A DNA stretch of 63,995 bases, the filler included, from Octopus bimaculoides (lineage: Eukaryota): NCBI RefSeq assembly GCF_001194135.2. It is 9 parts of 9 records of this genome, joined end to end, with 100 filler letters (N's around TTAATTAATTAA, not from the genome) between each part and the next. Parts side by side here need not be neighbours in the genome. Positions count along the whole stretch, not along the records: positions 53,738 to 59,291 come from NC_068982.1; positions 59,392 to 62,607 come from NC_068991.1; positions 62,708 to 63,995 come from NW_026351862.1; 6 more parts are not named here. One strand, given 5' to 3'. Numbering within the stretch: position 1 is the stretch's first letter; each line of letters opens with the position of its first letter. Position numbers and translations under genes: made by a program. Under the pieces are notes generated by a model. That model ran no database searches. It was given only the letters and a program-made list of their open reading frames with translations, and was not told the origin of the DNA. Positions 54,147-63,995 of this stretch are shown here, one piece after another.

Positions 54147-54639
54147 TTATCTAATATGTCCTTTCCTAATTTAAGACTGTATGGTGTGGCTTGAAAGAGA
54201 TTTAAGCTGCTGTTTCTAGCTGATTGAGCGATTACGTAGAGCCATTTCTTGGCTCGAGTGCAGCAAAGTTTAATCTAAAAATCAAGTAACAAAACTGATT
54301 ATGCAAATTGTATCAGTCAAAAGTTATTTGTTACTCATTTTTCTGTATGTTAAAATGTTTGTCAACTGATCAAGCAGGCTTGAGTAAACCATACGAAACT
54401 GATGAGGTTTAATAGACAGAAACATGTCTATAGTTGTCCTGTACGTACTAATGAACTTTGATTAGTTCTTAATCTCTTGTAATTATCTCCCCTACTTTTG
54501 AGAATCTCAGACAACTGCCAGTAGGTGTTCATTGTCTTTCTCCAGCTAAGCGGGAAATTCAAATTAAGAATTTTTTGTGTGCAGCATTCAGAGCAACACC
54601 CTTTAACTTGATTGACAAAAGCCTTGTTAAAAGTGAAAT

Positions 54640-54975
54640 ATAATTTTGATACATTTAATACAGCCTGCTGTGAGAGGCCTCACAGGGTACTCTTTCCGCA
54701 CATTATAAGCTTTGGTACTTGGTTTGTTAATTATCGTGGGAGACATTCAACATCCAAGTACCAATCTTAAAATCCTAACTATCCCCCAGCAGCGCAGTTT
54801 TGAGGATTTGCTCAACTTGTCAACATGTCAGTTCCGATTTCTCTGGCATATTTCTCGAACTTGGTTGTTAGCGCTCCGAGTGATCCTACAACTACTGCAA
54901 TTTCGTCTTTTAGTTGTCTGTACTTTTCAAACTTTTCTTATTCTTTGTCGTTTATGCGTGCATCCCCAGTTATTG
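54640..54975 (-). mobile_element. R4/Dong-like RLE end plus 3' UTR
   Basis: KYRQLKDEIAV; VGSLGALTTKFEKY; KTALLGIVRILRLVLGC*. Confidence 0.75.
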
Positions 54976-54977
54976 CA

Positions 54978-55048
<71 letters not shown>

Positions 55049-55137
55049 GAATAAAAAGTTTTGAATGGTACAGCAATGCACTATAATACAAAAAATGGAC
55101 TATATACCTGTTGTAATTTAATTATCCATAGTCCGAT

Positions 55138-55166
55138 GATATTTCGGAATACACTTCCTTCTTCAG
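55138..55166 (-). ncRNA. Candidate minimal hammerhead ribozyme core (mirror copy)
   Basis: Reverse complement CTGAAGA-A-GGAA(GTGTA)TTCC-GAA-ATAT-C. Confidence 0.55.
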
Positions 55167-55229
55167 ATATTCTTAGATAGAGTCACTGCTATAATTATAG
55201 ATTATAGCAGCGACTCCATTTAAGAATAT

Positions 55230-55258
55230 CTGAAGAAGGAATTGTATTCCGAAATATC
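55230..55258 (+). ncRNA. Candidate minimal hammerhead ribozyme core
   Basis: CTGAAGA-A-GGAA(TTGTA)TTCC-GAA-ATAT-C: intact core, 4-bp stem II, palindromic ATAT stem III, AUC triplet; stem I only 2 bp. Confidence 0.55.
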
Positions 55259-55422
55259 ATCGGACTATAGATAATTAAATTACAACTGGTATATAGTCCA
55301 TTTTTTGTATTATAGTGCATTGCTGTACCATTCAAAAGTTTTTATTCTTTACAAACAATACACAATGCTTCAAGTGAACTACAATAATAATAATAATAAT
55401 TATTATTATTATTATTATTATA

Positions 55423-55495
<73 letters not shown>

Positions 55496-55499
55496 CTTC

Positions 55500-55681
55500 G
55501 TAACACAGTGTATGTGAAAATGCACCGGACTCTTTAGTCATCTGTCAAGTCACAACAAGAACCTCAGGCAGATAACACTTTCCTTAAGATGTGCGCTGTG
55601 CCCAACAAGGCTGCTTTCTGCAAGACTTCAATCTTGCATGGGATTTCCAGTTGCCTTAAGAAGTTTTGAAGTTTCAATGGG

Positions 55682-55682
<1 letters not shown>
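55500..55682 (-). mobile_element. R4/Dong-like 3' tip
   Basis: IPCKIEVLQKAALLGTAHILRKVLSA*; flanked by (TTA)n on both sides. Confidence 0.8.
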
Positions 55683-55715
<33 letters not shown>

Positions 55716-55744
55716 TTTCTTTCTTTATTTATTTATTTATTTAT

Positions 55745-56150
55745 TGTCTTTGCACACCTAACGCTGGAGATGTACTACGGTGCCAGCTGTTCACTACCAG
55801 TGAACTAAGGTAACATCCCTTATTTTTCGAGCACCATCCGGAGTATTCGAGCGGTTCCAAGCAGTGCTGTTTTCTGCAAGTGCTCCATCTTTATTGCATC
55901 CCCTATTTGTGCCATGTACTTCTCAAGATTTTTACTCACTGTTTCCAGGCTCCGACAATTATTGGTACTACAATCACCTTTTTCATCGACCACAACTGCT
56001 TAACCTCCCAAGCTAACCTGACATATTTATCGACTTTTCTTTCTTCCTTATCGCACACCTTGTTAGCTGGGCATGCTATATCTATGACCCAGCATCGTTT
56101 ACTTTCTTTCTCAATTAACACTATATATCTATGATCCAGCATCATTTGCT
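55745..56150 (-). mobile_element. R4/Dong-like RLE domain plus 3' UTR
   Basis: IVLIEKESKRCWVIDIACP...EERKVDKY..LAWEVKQLW...VPIIVGA; LQKTALLGTARILRMVLEK. Confidence 0.85.
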
Positions 56151-56165
56151 TTCTTTCTCGATTAA

Positions 56166-56274
56166 CACTATTATTATTATTGAGTGAGAGAGCAGTGCAT
56201 GCCATCAAAGTGACACTGGGGTAAAATATACGAAGCCCATTATACCCATCATGACTACCCGGCTGCATCCGGGC

Positions 56275-56275
<1 letters not shown>
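56166..56275 (-). mobile_element. Family T 3' fragment
   Basis: Reverse complement ...gggtataatgggcttcgtatattttaccccagtgtcactttgatggcatgcactgctctctcactcaataataa. Confidence 0.8.
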
Positions 56276-56352
<77 letters not shown>

Positions 56353-56381
56353 CATCATTATCATTATTATTATTATTATTA

Positions 56382-56449
<68 letters not shown>

Positions 56450-57045
56450 GTTCAGTAGTTTTATTTTTNNNNNNNNNNNNNNNNNNNNNNNNNNNNNNNN
56501 NNNNNNNNNNNNNNNNNNNNNNNNNNNNNNNNNNNNNNNNNNNNNNNNNNNNNNNNNNNNNNNNNNNNNNNNNNNNNNNNNNNNNNNNNNNNNNNNNNNN
56601 NNNNNNNNNNNNNNNNNNNNNNNNNNNNNNNNNNNNNNNNNNNNNNNNNNNNNNNNNNNNNNNNNNNNNNNNNNNNNNNNNNNNNNNNNNNNNNNNNNNN
56701 NNNNNNNNNNNNNNNNNNNNNNNNNNNNNNNNNNNNNNNNNNNNNNNNNNNNNNNNNNNNNNNNNNNNNNNNNNNNNNNNNNNNNNNNNNNNNNNNNNNN
56801 NNNNNNNNNNNNNNNNNNNNNNNNNNNNNNNNNNNNNNNNNNNNNNNNNNNNNNNNNNNNNNNNNNNNNNNNNNNNNNNNNNNNNNNNNNNNNNNNNNNN
56901 NNNNNNNNNNNNNNNNNNNNNNNNNNNNNNNNNNNNNNNNNNNNNNNNNNNNNNNNNNNNNNNNNNNNNNNNNNNNNNNNNNNNNNNNNNNNNNNNNNNN
57001 NNNNNNNNNNNNNNNNNNNNNNNNNNNNNNNNNNNNNNNNNNNNT

Positions 57046-57318
57046 TATTGTTTCTTGTCCATCTCCACATATTCTACAGTTACTTGTTATATTTCTTTTC
57101 ATTATGTGTTTTTGGTAATTTCTGGTGGGGAGGCTCTGGTCTTGTGCAGCAATTAAAAATCCTTCAGTCTCTGCTTTGAGTCCTGAGCTTCTCAGCCATT
57201 GCTGGGATTTTTCTCTGTCTATTTCTTTCGCATTTAGTTTAGCCCAGTATTTACCATGTAGGGGCTTTTCTTGCCATCGTTTTATCATGGTCCGTTGCTG
57301 TTCTAGTTTTAGTTTGGA

Positions 57319-57374
<56 letters not shown>

Positions 57375-57520
57375 CGTTATTAGTATTAGCCTCAATACTG
57401 TTTGGAACTGTGTTGAGTGCCACTTAGCAAACAGTAACATAAGTATTTTCTCTCTAATATGATAAGTATTTTCTCCTTTATGGTTTGTTTTCATATAACA
57501 CTGATAGTCTGTAAAATATG
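57046..57520 (-). mobile_element. R4/Dong-like post-RT region and CCHC start
   Basis: WQEKPLHGKY...SQQWLRSSGLKAETEGFLIAAQDQSLPTRNY...CRICGDGQETI. Confidence 0.9.
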
Positions 57521-57699
57521 CCTTATTTCAGCTATTTGAGAGCTTACACGTGCAGTGAAGCTTTAGGAAGTATCTCTAGGGTTTCACTAGAGATATCAAA
57601 GTATAACCGAACAGGCATTTCTGTTGATCGAACAATTGCAAAAGTCATTGTCGAACCAACTGGAAGAAACGTTAAAGTATCGTATGAATACTTCCTGTA

Positions 57700-57865
57700 T
57701 TTGTTTCGGCTGTCTATGATGAGTTCAAATCCTGCCGAGGTCAACTTTTCCTTACATCCTTTCAGAGCTGATAGAATAAGTACCAGTGAAGAACTGGTGT
57801 CGATGTAATCGATTTCTCCCTCCCCTCAAAATTGCTGGTCTTGTGCCAAAATTAGAAACGATTGT
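57700..57865 (+). mobile_element. SINE family A nested in the R4 fragment
   Basis: gagttcaaatcctgccgaggtcaacttttccttacatcctttcagagctgatagaataagtaccag. Confidence 0.8.
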
Positions 57866-57959
57866 TTAGGATGGAGAGCTAGAAAAACCGTTAGTGTGTT
57901 GGACAAAAATGCTTAACGGCATTTTTTCCGATTGTTCACGTTCCGAGTTAAAATTCCTT

Positions 57960-59150
57960 CTTAGTTCTTCTGTCTAGTTTTGCTAATTCAGATTTGGAGC
58001 AGTCTACAAATGCTGCTCAGTATCTAAGTAACGACACTGCCCAAGTATTTACAGCCTTCACTACATTTGGACAATTTAGCTTTGATTTCATTAGCTTCCT
58101 CACCCTCCTTCTCAATTTTCACTTTCATTTCTATAGTTAGTACTCTGTCAGATAATAGATGCTTATATTTCTCCCCTTCTTTTAATGATTTTAATGTCAG
58201 GCCACCTGATAATTGGATGCCTTCATTGTTGGCTATCTGTTCTCTTTTAATGACTAATATTGCACATTTATCTATGCCAAATTCCTACTTTCCGTTTCTT
58301 CATGCTAAAACTAATTAATTCTCGTATGTTATCTACTATACTGAATTTACTCAAACATTCACTTATCCATTAGTTTGGGATCATGTCATAGACTTCCATA
58401 TAATTTATTCATACTTTTGTTAGATTTTTCTTTGTAGATTTTACTACTTTGTCTATGTACAATAGACCATGCGTTCTTCTAGCTTTCTTCCTGCAACCTT
58501 TTTCGTTCTTCTGGTAGTAAATTCTAACTGTTAAGGTGCTCGTAAATGCGTTCTGAAAGCAGGTTCCACGCAAATGATAAGCAAGTGATTGGTCTATAAT
58601 TGCACACTGTATTAGCTTTGTTTTTGTCTTTCATAAGGAGTATTGTTCTCCCTCTAATCATCCATTCTGGAATTATTCCTCCATTAAAGCAATCCTAAAG
58701 TTGTTCCCTCAGCCTCCCATGTAAGCTACGAAATTTCTTTAACTAGTACCTTTGAACTAAATCTGGTCCTGGATGCTTCCAATTCGGCATTGTTCCTTAC
58801 ACTTTACTCATTAATGAACTAATTAGTCTTAGATCTGGCTGCTTGTTTCTCACTCACTACTTCTTCCCTCACTTTCTTTAACCAAACTGCTTCTCCATTA
58901 TGATTGACAGGCTTATCCGAAATATTGCGCCAGAACTTTCTAACTTTTTCTGCATTAGGTTTCTCATCTTCAGTACGTTCTTCTCCACTATTTATTTGGT
59001 TATAAAATCTTCTCTGGTCTGTCTCAAATAATCTATTCTGTTGATACTGATCTATTCTTTTCTGATATCTAGAAAGCTTACCAGCTACTGCTATAATACG
59101 CTGTTTAAACTCTTTTCTGACTGTCCCAAATCCTTTCTTTTTGACTAAGT
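57960..59150 (-). mobile_element. R4/Dong-like RT region, decayed
   Basis: AGKLSRYQKRIDQYQQNRLFETDQRRFY; KPNAEKVRKFW; FGIDKCAILV; LAKLDRRTK. Confidence 0.85.
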
Positions 59151-59160
59151 ATTATTATTA

Positions 59161-59224
<64 letters not shown>

Positions 59225-59391
59225 GATCGTGAGCCAAATACCCTAACCACTAAGCCAGCGCCTTCACTTCTTTTCTGTTAATCAGTCAAGGNNNNNNNNN
59301 NNNNNNNNNNNNNNNNNNNNNNNNNNNNNNNNNNNTTAATTAATTAANNNNNNNNNNNNNNNNNNNNNNNNNNNNNNNNNNNNNNNNNNNN

Positions 59392-59612
59392 ATATCCTAC
59401 GTAAAATACTGTCTATGTGATCTCAAATTTTAAAGCAAACACATAATGTTCTTATGGTTTCTTAAACATTCACTTGAACAAAACTGTACAAATCCAAATA
59501 TATGGTACCCTAGGCATAACACCTACATGAACTTCTAACTTGTTGTCTCTTGAGGTCTCTGGGTGAGACTTGGATCCAACTTGTACAAATGCAAAACAAA
59601 AGTCAAACATAA

Positions 59613-59615
<3 letters not shown>
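59392..59615 (+). mobile_element. R4/Dong-like 3' UTR ending in (TAA)n
   Basis: cctacgtaaaatactgtc...ttgttgtctcttgaggtctctggg...gcaaaac matches 35680-35990. Confidence 0.75.
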
Positions 59616-59664
<49 letters not shown>

Positions 59665-59669
59665 GCCAT

Positions 59670-59782
59670 TTGGGGGGAGGAAATAAGTCGATTACATCGA
59701 CCCCAAAGTTTCACTGGTACTTAATTTATCGACCCCAAAAGGATGAAAGGCAAAGTCGACCTCGGCCAAATTTGAACTCAGC
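59670..59782 (-). mobile_element. SINE family A, partial
   Basis: ggtacttaatttatcgaccccaaaaggatgaaaggcaaagtcgacctcggcc. Confidence 0.85.
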
Positions 59783-60451
59783 GCTTCCCTTTCCACCTGT
59801 CGGCCACCCTGTTCACTACCTCGTCCCAGCTCTTATCAATCTGGAGGGTGGAACCAAACCAGACCCCGAGCACTTTAACTGGTCCGTCGGTCTAGCGTCC
59901 GACGACGCCGTCCGATAGCATCGTCCTGCCTCTCCAGGAGCCAAACCGCAAACCAACTGATATGTCGGCGTTGATTTTAGCCCTTAACAACAACATTACA
60001 AATAATAATCCTCTCCAACACGACGACCACCACATCAATGTGACAAAATTACTCCAACCAACCAACCAACCAACCAACCAACCAACCAAATAAATACATA
60101 AATAAATAAATAAACGAATTAATTACTAACCCTATTATAATTAATACTGTATGGTTCAGTATATTGTATTAACGTTGTGGAACCAATCAAACAATAGATA
60201 TATCAGGTTTAATAAGCAGTTCGATAATCTGATCGTTATAGAAGGATGTGTCTGTATAGAAGGTGATTAGTGCGCTAAATTGACTCCATAATTGGGCGCC
60301 AATTGTAAACACCTTCAGCATTAAAACGCAGTGGATAATTACCAGTTGGTTCTTCATCTCTTACCACTCCTCCGATCAACCATGCTCTACCAATACGTTG
60401 CAGAGTCCACCACTTTACTGCTGTTGAGCTGATTATATCTACGCACGTACG

Positions 60452-60503
<52 letters not shown>

Positions 60504-60837
60504 TACGTAAACGTACATACATAAATGCAGATGCATACGCGCATACATACATAGTTACGTACATACATACAACCACACATAAACACACACACACATATAC
60601 ACACATGCATACACACAGACACACACACATATACACACGCACCTTCATAGGCACAGACACATAAAGTAAATGGATCTCCATCTATTTCGACGATGAGTAT
60701 TTAGGTGTTCGATCAAATGAACAACCTACTCAGAGAATTAGCGTGTAAAGTGGATGAATATACCGTGGAGTAATTCCCAGACAGAATTAGTGTTACGCTG
60801 TGTATAAGGTTGAATTACGGTTAGCTTCCGTTCAACA

Positions 60838-60965
60838 GATTTCCACACAGTTTTTATTTGTCTAATTTCACTCACGAAGTTTGGGTCGGTACGATGCTAT
60901 AGTAAAAGACTCTTGCCTAAGATGTCACACAGTGGAAACGAACCCGTGACCTACTCAGTGAGCCT
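60838..60965 (-). mobile_element. SINE family B, diverged
   Basis: ttccacacagttt...gctatagtaaaagactcttgcctaagatgtcacacagtggaaacgaacc. Confidence 0.7.
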
Positions 60966-61162
60966 ATGGCTTCGTCTTGTCTATTTGACTATGTTGCGTC
61001 CTTGGTCGTCTGTAATTAGGAGCTACGTTTCTGTCAAGTTTTAACGAACCCCTTTAAAAATCCATCTCCCAGCACCATACATACATTCATACATACATAT
61101 ATGCATGCATGCGTTCATAATACATACATACATACATACATACATACATACATACATACATA

Positions 61163-61300
61163 CGTAACACAGAGCATAAGTACCAATCTTGAGAATTTAG
61201 GCTTCTCAAAACCAGAAAGGAGACAGATGATTGAAAGACAACAGATCCAAGCCATCCCTGGAACTGTAAAAATCTGTAAAACTTTCCAATTTATCATTTA
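61163..61300 (+). mobile_element. 3' tip of an RLE-type LINE ORF
   Basis: LENLGFSKPERRQMIERQQIQAIPGTVKICKTFQF* resembles RLE-LINE C-termini. Confidence 0.45.
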
Positions 61301-61561
61301 AGTGTACAAGCGCATGTTTAGACATGCAACTATATGCATGAGAATATGTACATAAAACAAAACATACAAATCTGCACATACACTGACACCAAATACTGCA
61401 CTTATACATGCATACATACAAAAATACGCTGTTGATATTGATGGCATAGCAATGGGGGAGTCTTGGGTCAAGGTTAGAAACCGGCTCTTTCTCAATTGGC
61501 AAGACATTTTGAAATAAAACTAAATAATCACATACATACATGCATACATACATACATACAT

Positions 61562-61948
61562 TTGTTTGTTGGCACTCCGTCGCTTACGACGTCGAGGGTT
61601 CCAGTTGATCCGATCAACGAAACAGCCTGCTCGTGAAATTAACGTGCAAGTGGCTGAGCACTCCACAGACACGTGTACCCTTAACGTAGTTCTCGGGGAT
61701 ATTCAGCGTGACACAGTGTGACAAGGCTGACCCTTTGAATTACAGGCACAACAGAAACAGGAAGTAAGAGTGAGAGAAAGTTGTGGTGAAAGAGTACGGC
61801 AGGGTTCGCCACCATCCCCTGCCGGAGCCTCGTGGAGCTTTAGGTGTTTTCGCTCAATAAACACTCACAACGCCCGGTCTGGGAATCGAAACCGCGATCC
61901 TATGACCGCGAGTCCGCTGCCCTAACCACTGGGCCATTGCGCCTCCAC
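61562..61948 (-). mobile_element. tRNA-derived SINE family C, apparently full length
   Basis: Reverse complement head gtggaggcgcaaTGGCCCAGTGGttagggcagcggactcgcggtcataggatcgcGGTTTCGATTCCCagaccg (A and B boxes); flanked by (CATA)n. Confidence 0.85.
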
Positions 61949-61958
61949 TACACATACA

Positions 61959-61989
<31 letters not shown>

Positions 61990-62374
61990 CCACACAACAG
62001 ACAGACACACACACACATACGTGCGCGTGTGGTTATAACCATCTAAGTTGCTCCTGATGAGAGCTACTTCAATACTTTCTAATAATGTTTTAAGGTGCCA
62101 GTCAAGCCTTATGTGAGAGGAATTCAACCGTACAGCGATCCAAGGCTAGAAGAGCCAAGGAAAGACCCTATAACTATCTGCTGGCTTTCTGCCTAAGCCA
62201 AAGGAAAACAAAAGTTGCCCATTACCCTTGTATTTTGAAAGCTCACCCCTTCAAATTCCGAAACCCAACCTCCTTTAAATTCCTGGAGACAACACGTTTG
62301 TATAACACAGCTATTGTCAATACTGTATCTTTACACAAACCCTAGCCTCCCATTTAAGGACCAAAACATTACTC

Positions 62375-62590
62375 TTTTACTCTTTTACTTGTTTCAGCCA
62401 TTTGACTGTTGCCATGCTGGAGCACCGCCTTTAGTCAAGCAAATCGACCCCAGGACTTATTCTATGTAAGCCTAGTACTTATTCTATCGGTCTCTTTTGC
62501 CGAACCGCTAATTTACGGAGACATAAACACACCAGCATCGCTTGTTAAGCGATGTTGAGGGGACAAACACAGACACACAAACACACACAC
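62375..62590 (-). mobile_element. SINE family D
   Basis: ttactcttttactcttttacttgtttcag...gccatgctggagcaccgcc...aaatcgaccccaggacttattc...ctagtacttattctatcggtctc. Confidence 0.8.
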
Positions 62591-63129
62591 ACACACACAC
62601 ACATACANNNNNNNNNNNNNNNNNNNNNNNNNNNNNNNNNNNNNNNNNNNNTTAATTAATTAANNNNNNNNNNNNNNNNNNNNNNNNNNNNNNNNNNNNN
62701 NNNNNNNTATATATATCATCATCATCTTCCTCACCCGGTAGGGCGATTCCTAGTACCAATATGTCATATTAGTCATTCGGTAGCTGAATATCTCATCTCC
62801 GTACGCTACGAGCATAGATAATAGCAGCGGTTTTCTAATTGATGTGGTTGGGTCGCTGTCAGAGTGTTATCTGTTGACTCGCTAAACATCTAGTAATATT
62901 CGCCATTGACTCAATCAGTTGATCAGCAGAAAAAGTTCACATCCATTATGCTGTATTCCATGGTTTTAACGTAACCCTGGCTCGAGAGGTTACTGGATGC
63001 TAGGCTTTGCCAAGGCTCTCAATCGCCTGTGATTTGGTCTGAGGCTGTTAATTTCCATATCAACACTTTCAGAATAAACACAACTCCCTAAAGTCATAAC
63101 ACAATTTCAAATACGATTGCGGTATTTTA

Positions 63130-63410
63130 TTTTCAAGGAAGTGATTCCAAATATTAGGCCAAAGAGGTCTCCATGCCGGTCAGCTCATATGCCACGAAGA
63201 ATGGCTTTGTTATTTAGACATAATGCTTTAATCTGACAACGAAATATGCAGTTGTGCATCAATTTCAAATTATAATTTAATTTTGCTAATTTCAACATAT
63301 CGTTTGGCAGCAATCACCATAACGCCATACAAGAAACATTCTTCTATTCTCTTGGTAGTTTGTAAGTCTTTCGGAATGTGACCATACAGTGTATGGAAAT
63401 CCAGTAACTT
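63130..63410 (-). mobile_element. Possible hAT (Charlie-like) transposase remnant
   Basis: WISIHCMV...KLPRE*KNV...CQIKALCLNN loosely resembles HC..HR..L..K.LP.EL..V...VN.IK; heavily decayed. Confidence 0.25.
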
Positions 63411-63429
63411 AAGCTGATTATATTGATTT

Positions 63430-63950
63430 CAAATTTTGGCACAAGGTCAGTAATTTCGGAGAAGGGTTAAGTCGATGTAATCGACTTCAATGCTCAATTT
63501 GTACTTATCTTATCGACCTCGAAAGGATGAAAGGCAAAATCAACCTTAGCGGAATTTGAACTCAGAACGTAAAGACGGACAAAATGATGCCGCTAAGCAT
63601 CTTTCCCTGGCGTGCTAACGGCTCCTAAGTTGATTATATTAAATGTTATATTCGCTGCTCTGATTTTCGACCAGACTACTTACATATCTATCCATCTATC
63701 TATCTATCATCTATCTATCTATCTATCTTATTTCTTTATTACCCACAAGGGCTAAATATAGAGGGGACAAACAAAGGGATTAAGTCGATTACATCGACCC
63801 CAGTTCGTAATTGGTACTTAATTTATCGACCCCGAAAGGATGAAAGGCAAAGTCGACCTCGGCGGAATTTGAACTCAGAACGTAACGGCAGACGAAATAC
63901 CGCTAAGCATTTCCCTCGGCGTGCTAACGTTTCTGCCAGCTCACCGCCTC
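63430..63950 (-). mobile_element. Two SINE family A copies
   Basis: Cores at ~63510-63570 and ~63820-63880; the second is near-intact. Confidence 0.9.
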
Positions 63951-63952
63951 AC

Positions 63953-63995
<43 letters not shown>

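Larger units (their letters stand above)
55047..55382. mobile_element. Solo inverted-pLTR PLE derivative: 303-bp palindrome plus 33-nt tail
   Basis: 149-bp arms (55047-55195 / 55201-55349), 7 mismatches by my count, each with a hammerhead core; no ORF; flanked by TTA/AAT repeats. Confidence 0.7.

Noticed and set aside
61880-61948. tRNA-like sequence with A and B boxes
   Set aside because: SINE head continuing into a SINE body; not a tRNA gene.
62053-62085. cctgatgagagc hammerhead start
   Set aside because: No downstream stem II closure or GAAA.

Overview
AT-rich, repeat-dense animal genomic DNA with about 6 kb of N gaps. The repeat families resemble those of octopus/coleoid cephalopods (inference from recalled families, not a database result). 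No host protein-coding gene, tRNA, rRNA or CRISPR can be supported; nearly all ORFs in the track are microsatellite or N-gap translations. The window is a transposon graveyard with these components: (1) Penelope-like elements (PLE) at 7.1-8.8 kb and 13.8-16.8 kb, with inverted pseudo-LTRs (pLTRs) and minimal hammerhead-ribozyme-like motifs, including a U3-A8 core variant; (2) a solo 303-bp palindrome carrying two inverted hammerhead cores at 55.0-55.4 kb; (3) many R4/Dong-like restriction-like-endonuclease (RLE) LINE fragments embedded in (TAA)n, plus a non-coding TAA-tailed element; (4) RTE, Tc1, mariner-MITE, Helitron and possible hAT remnants; (5) more than 20 tRNA-type SINE copies, some in same-strand clusters. 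Eight TTAATTAATTAA words inside N gaps are assembly linkers. The most interesting signals are the hammerhead-bearing PLE pLTR structures and an in-frame TGA at a conserved Cys of a PLE endonuclease.
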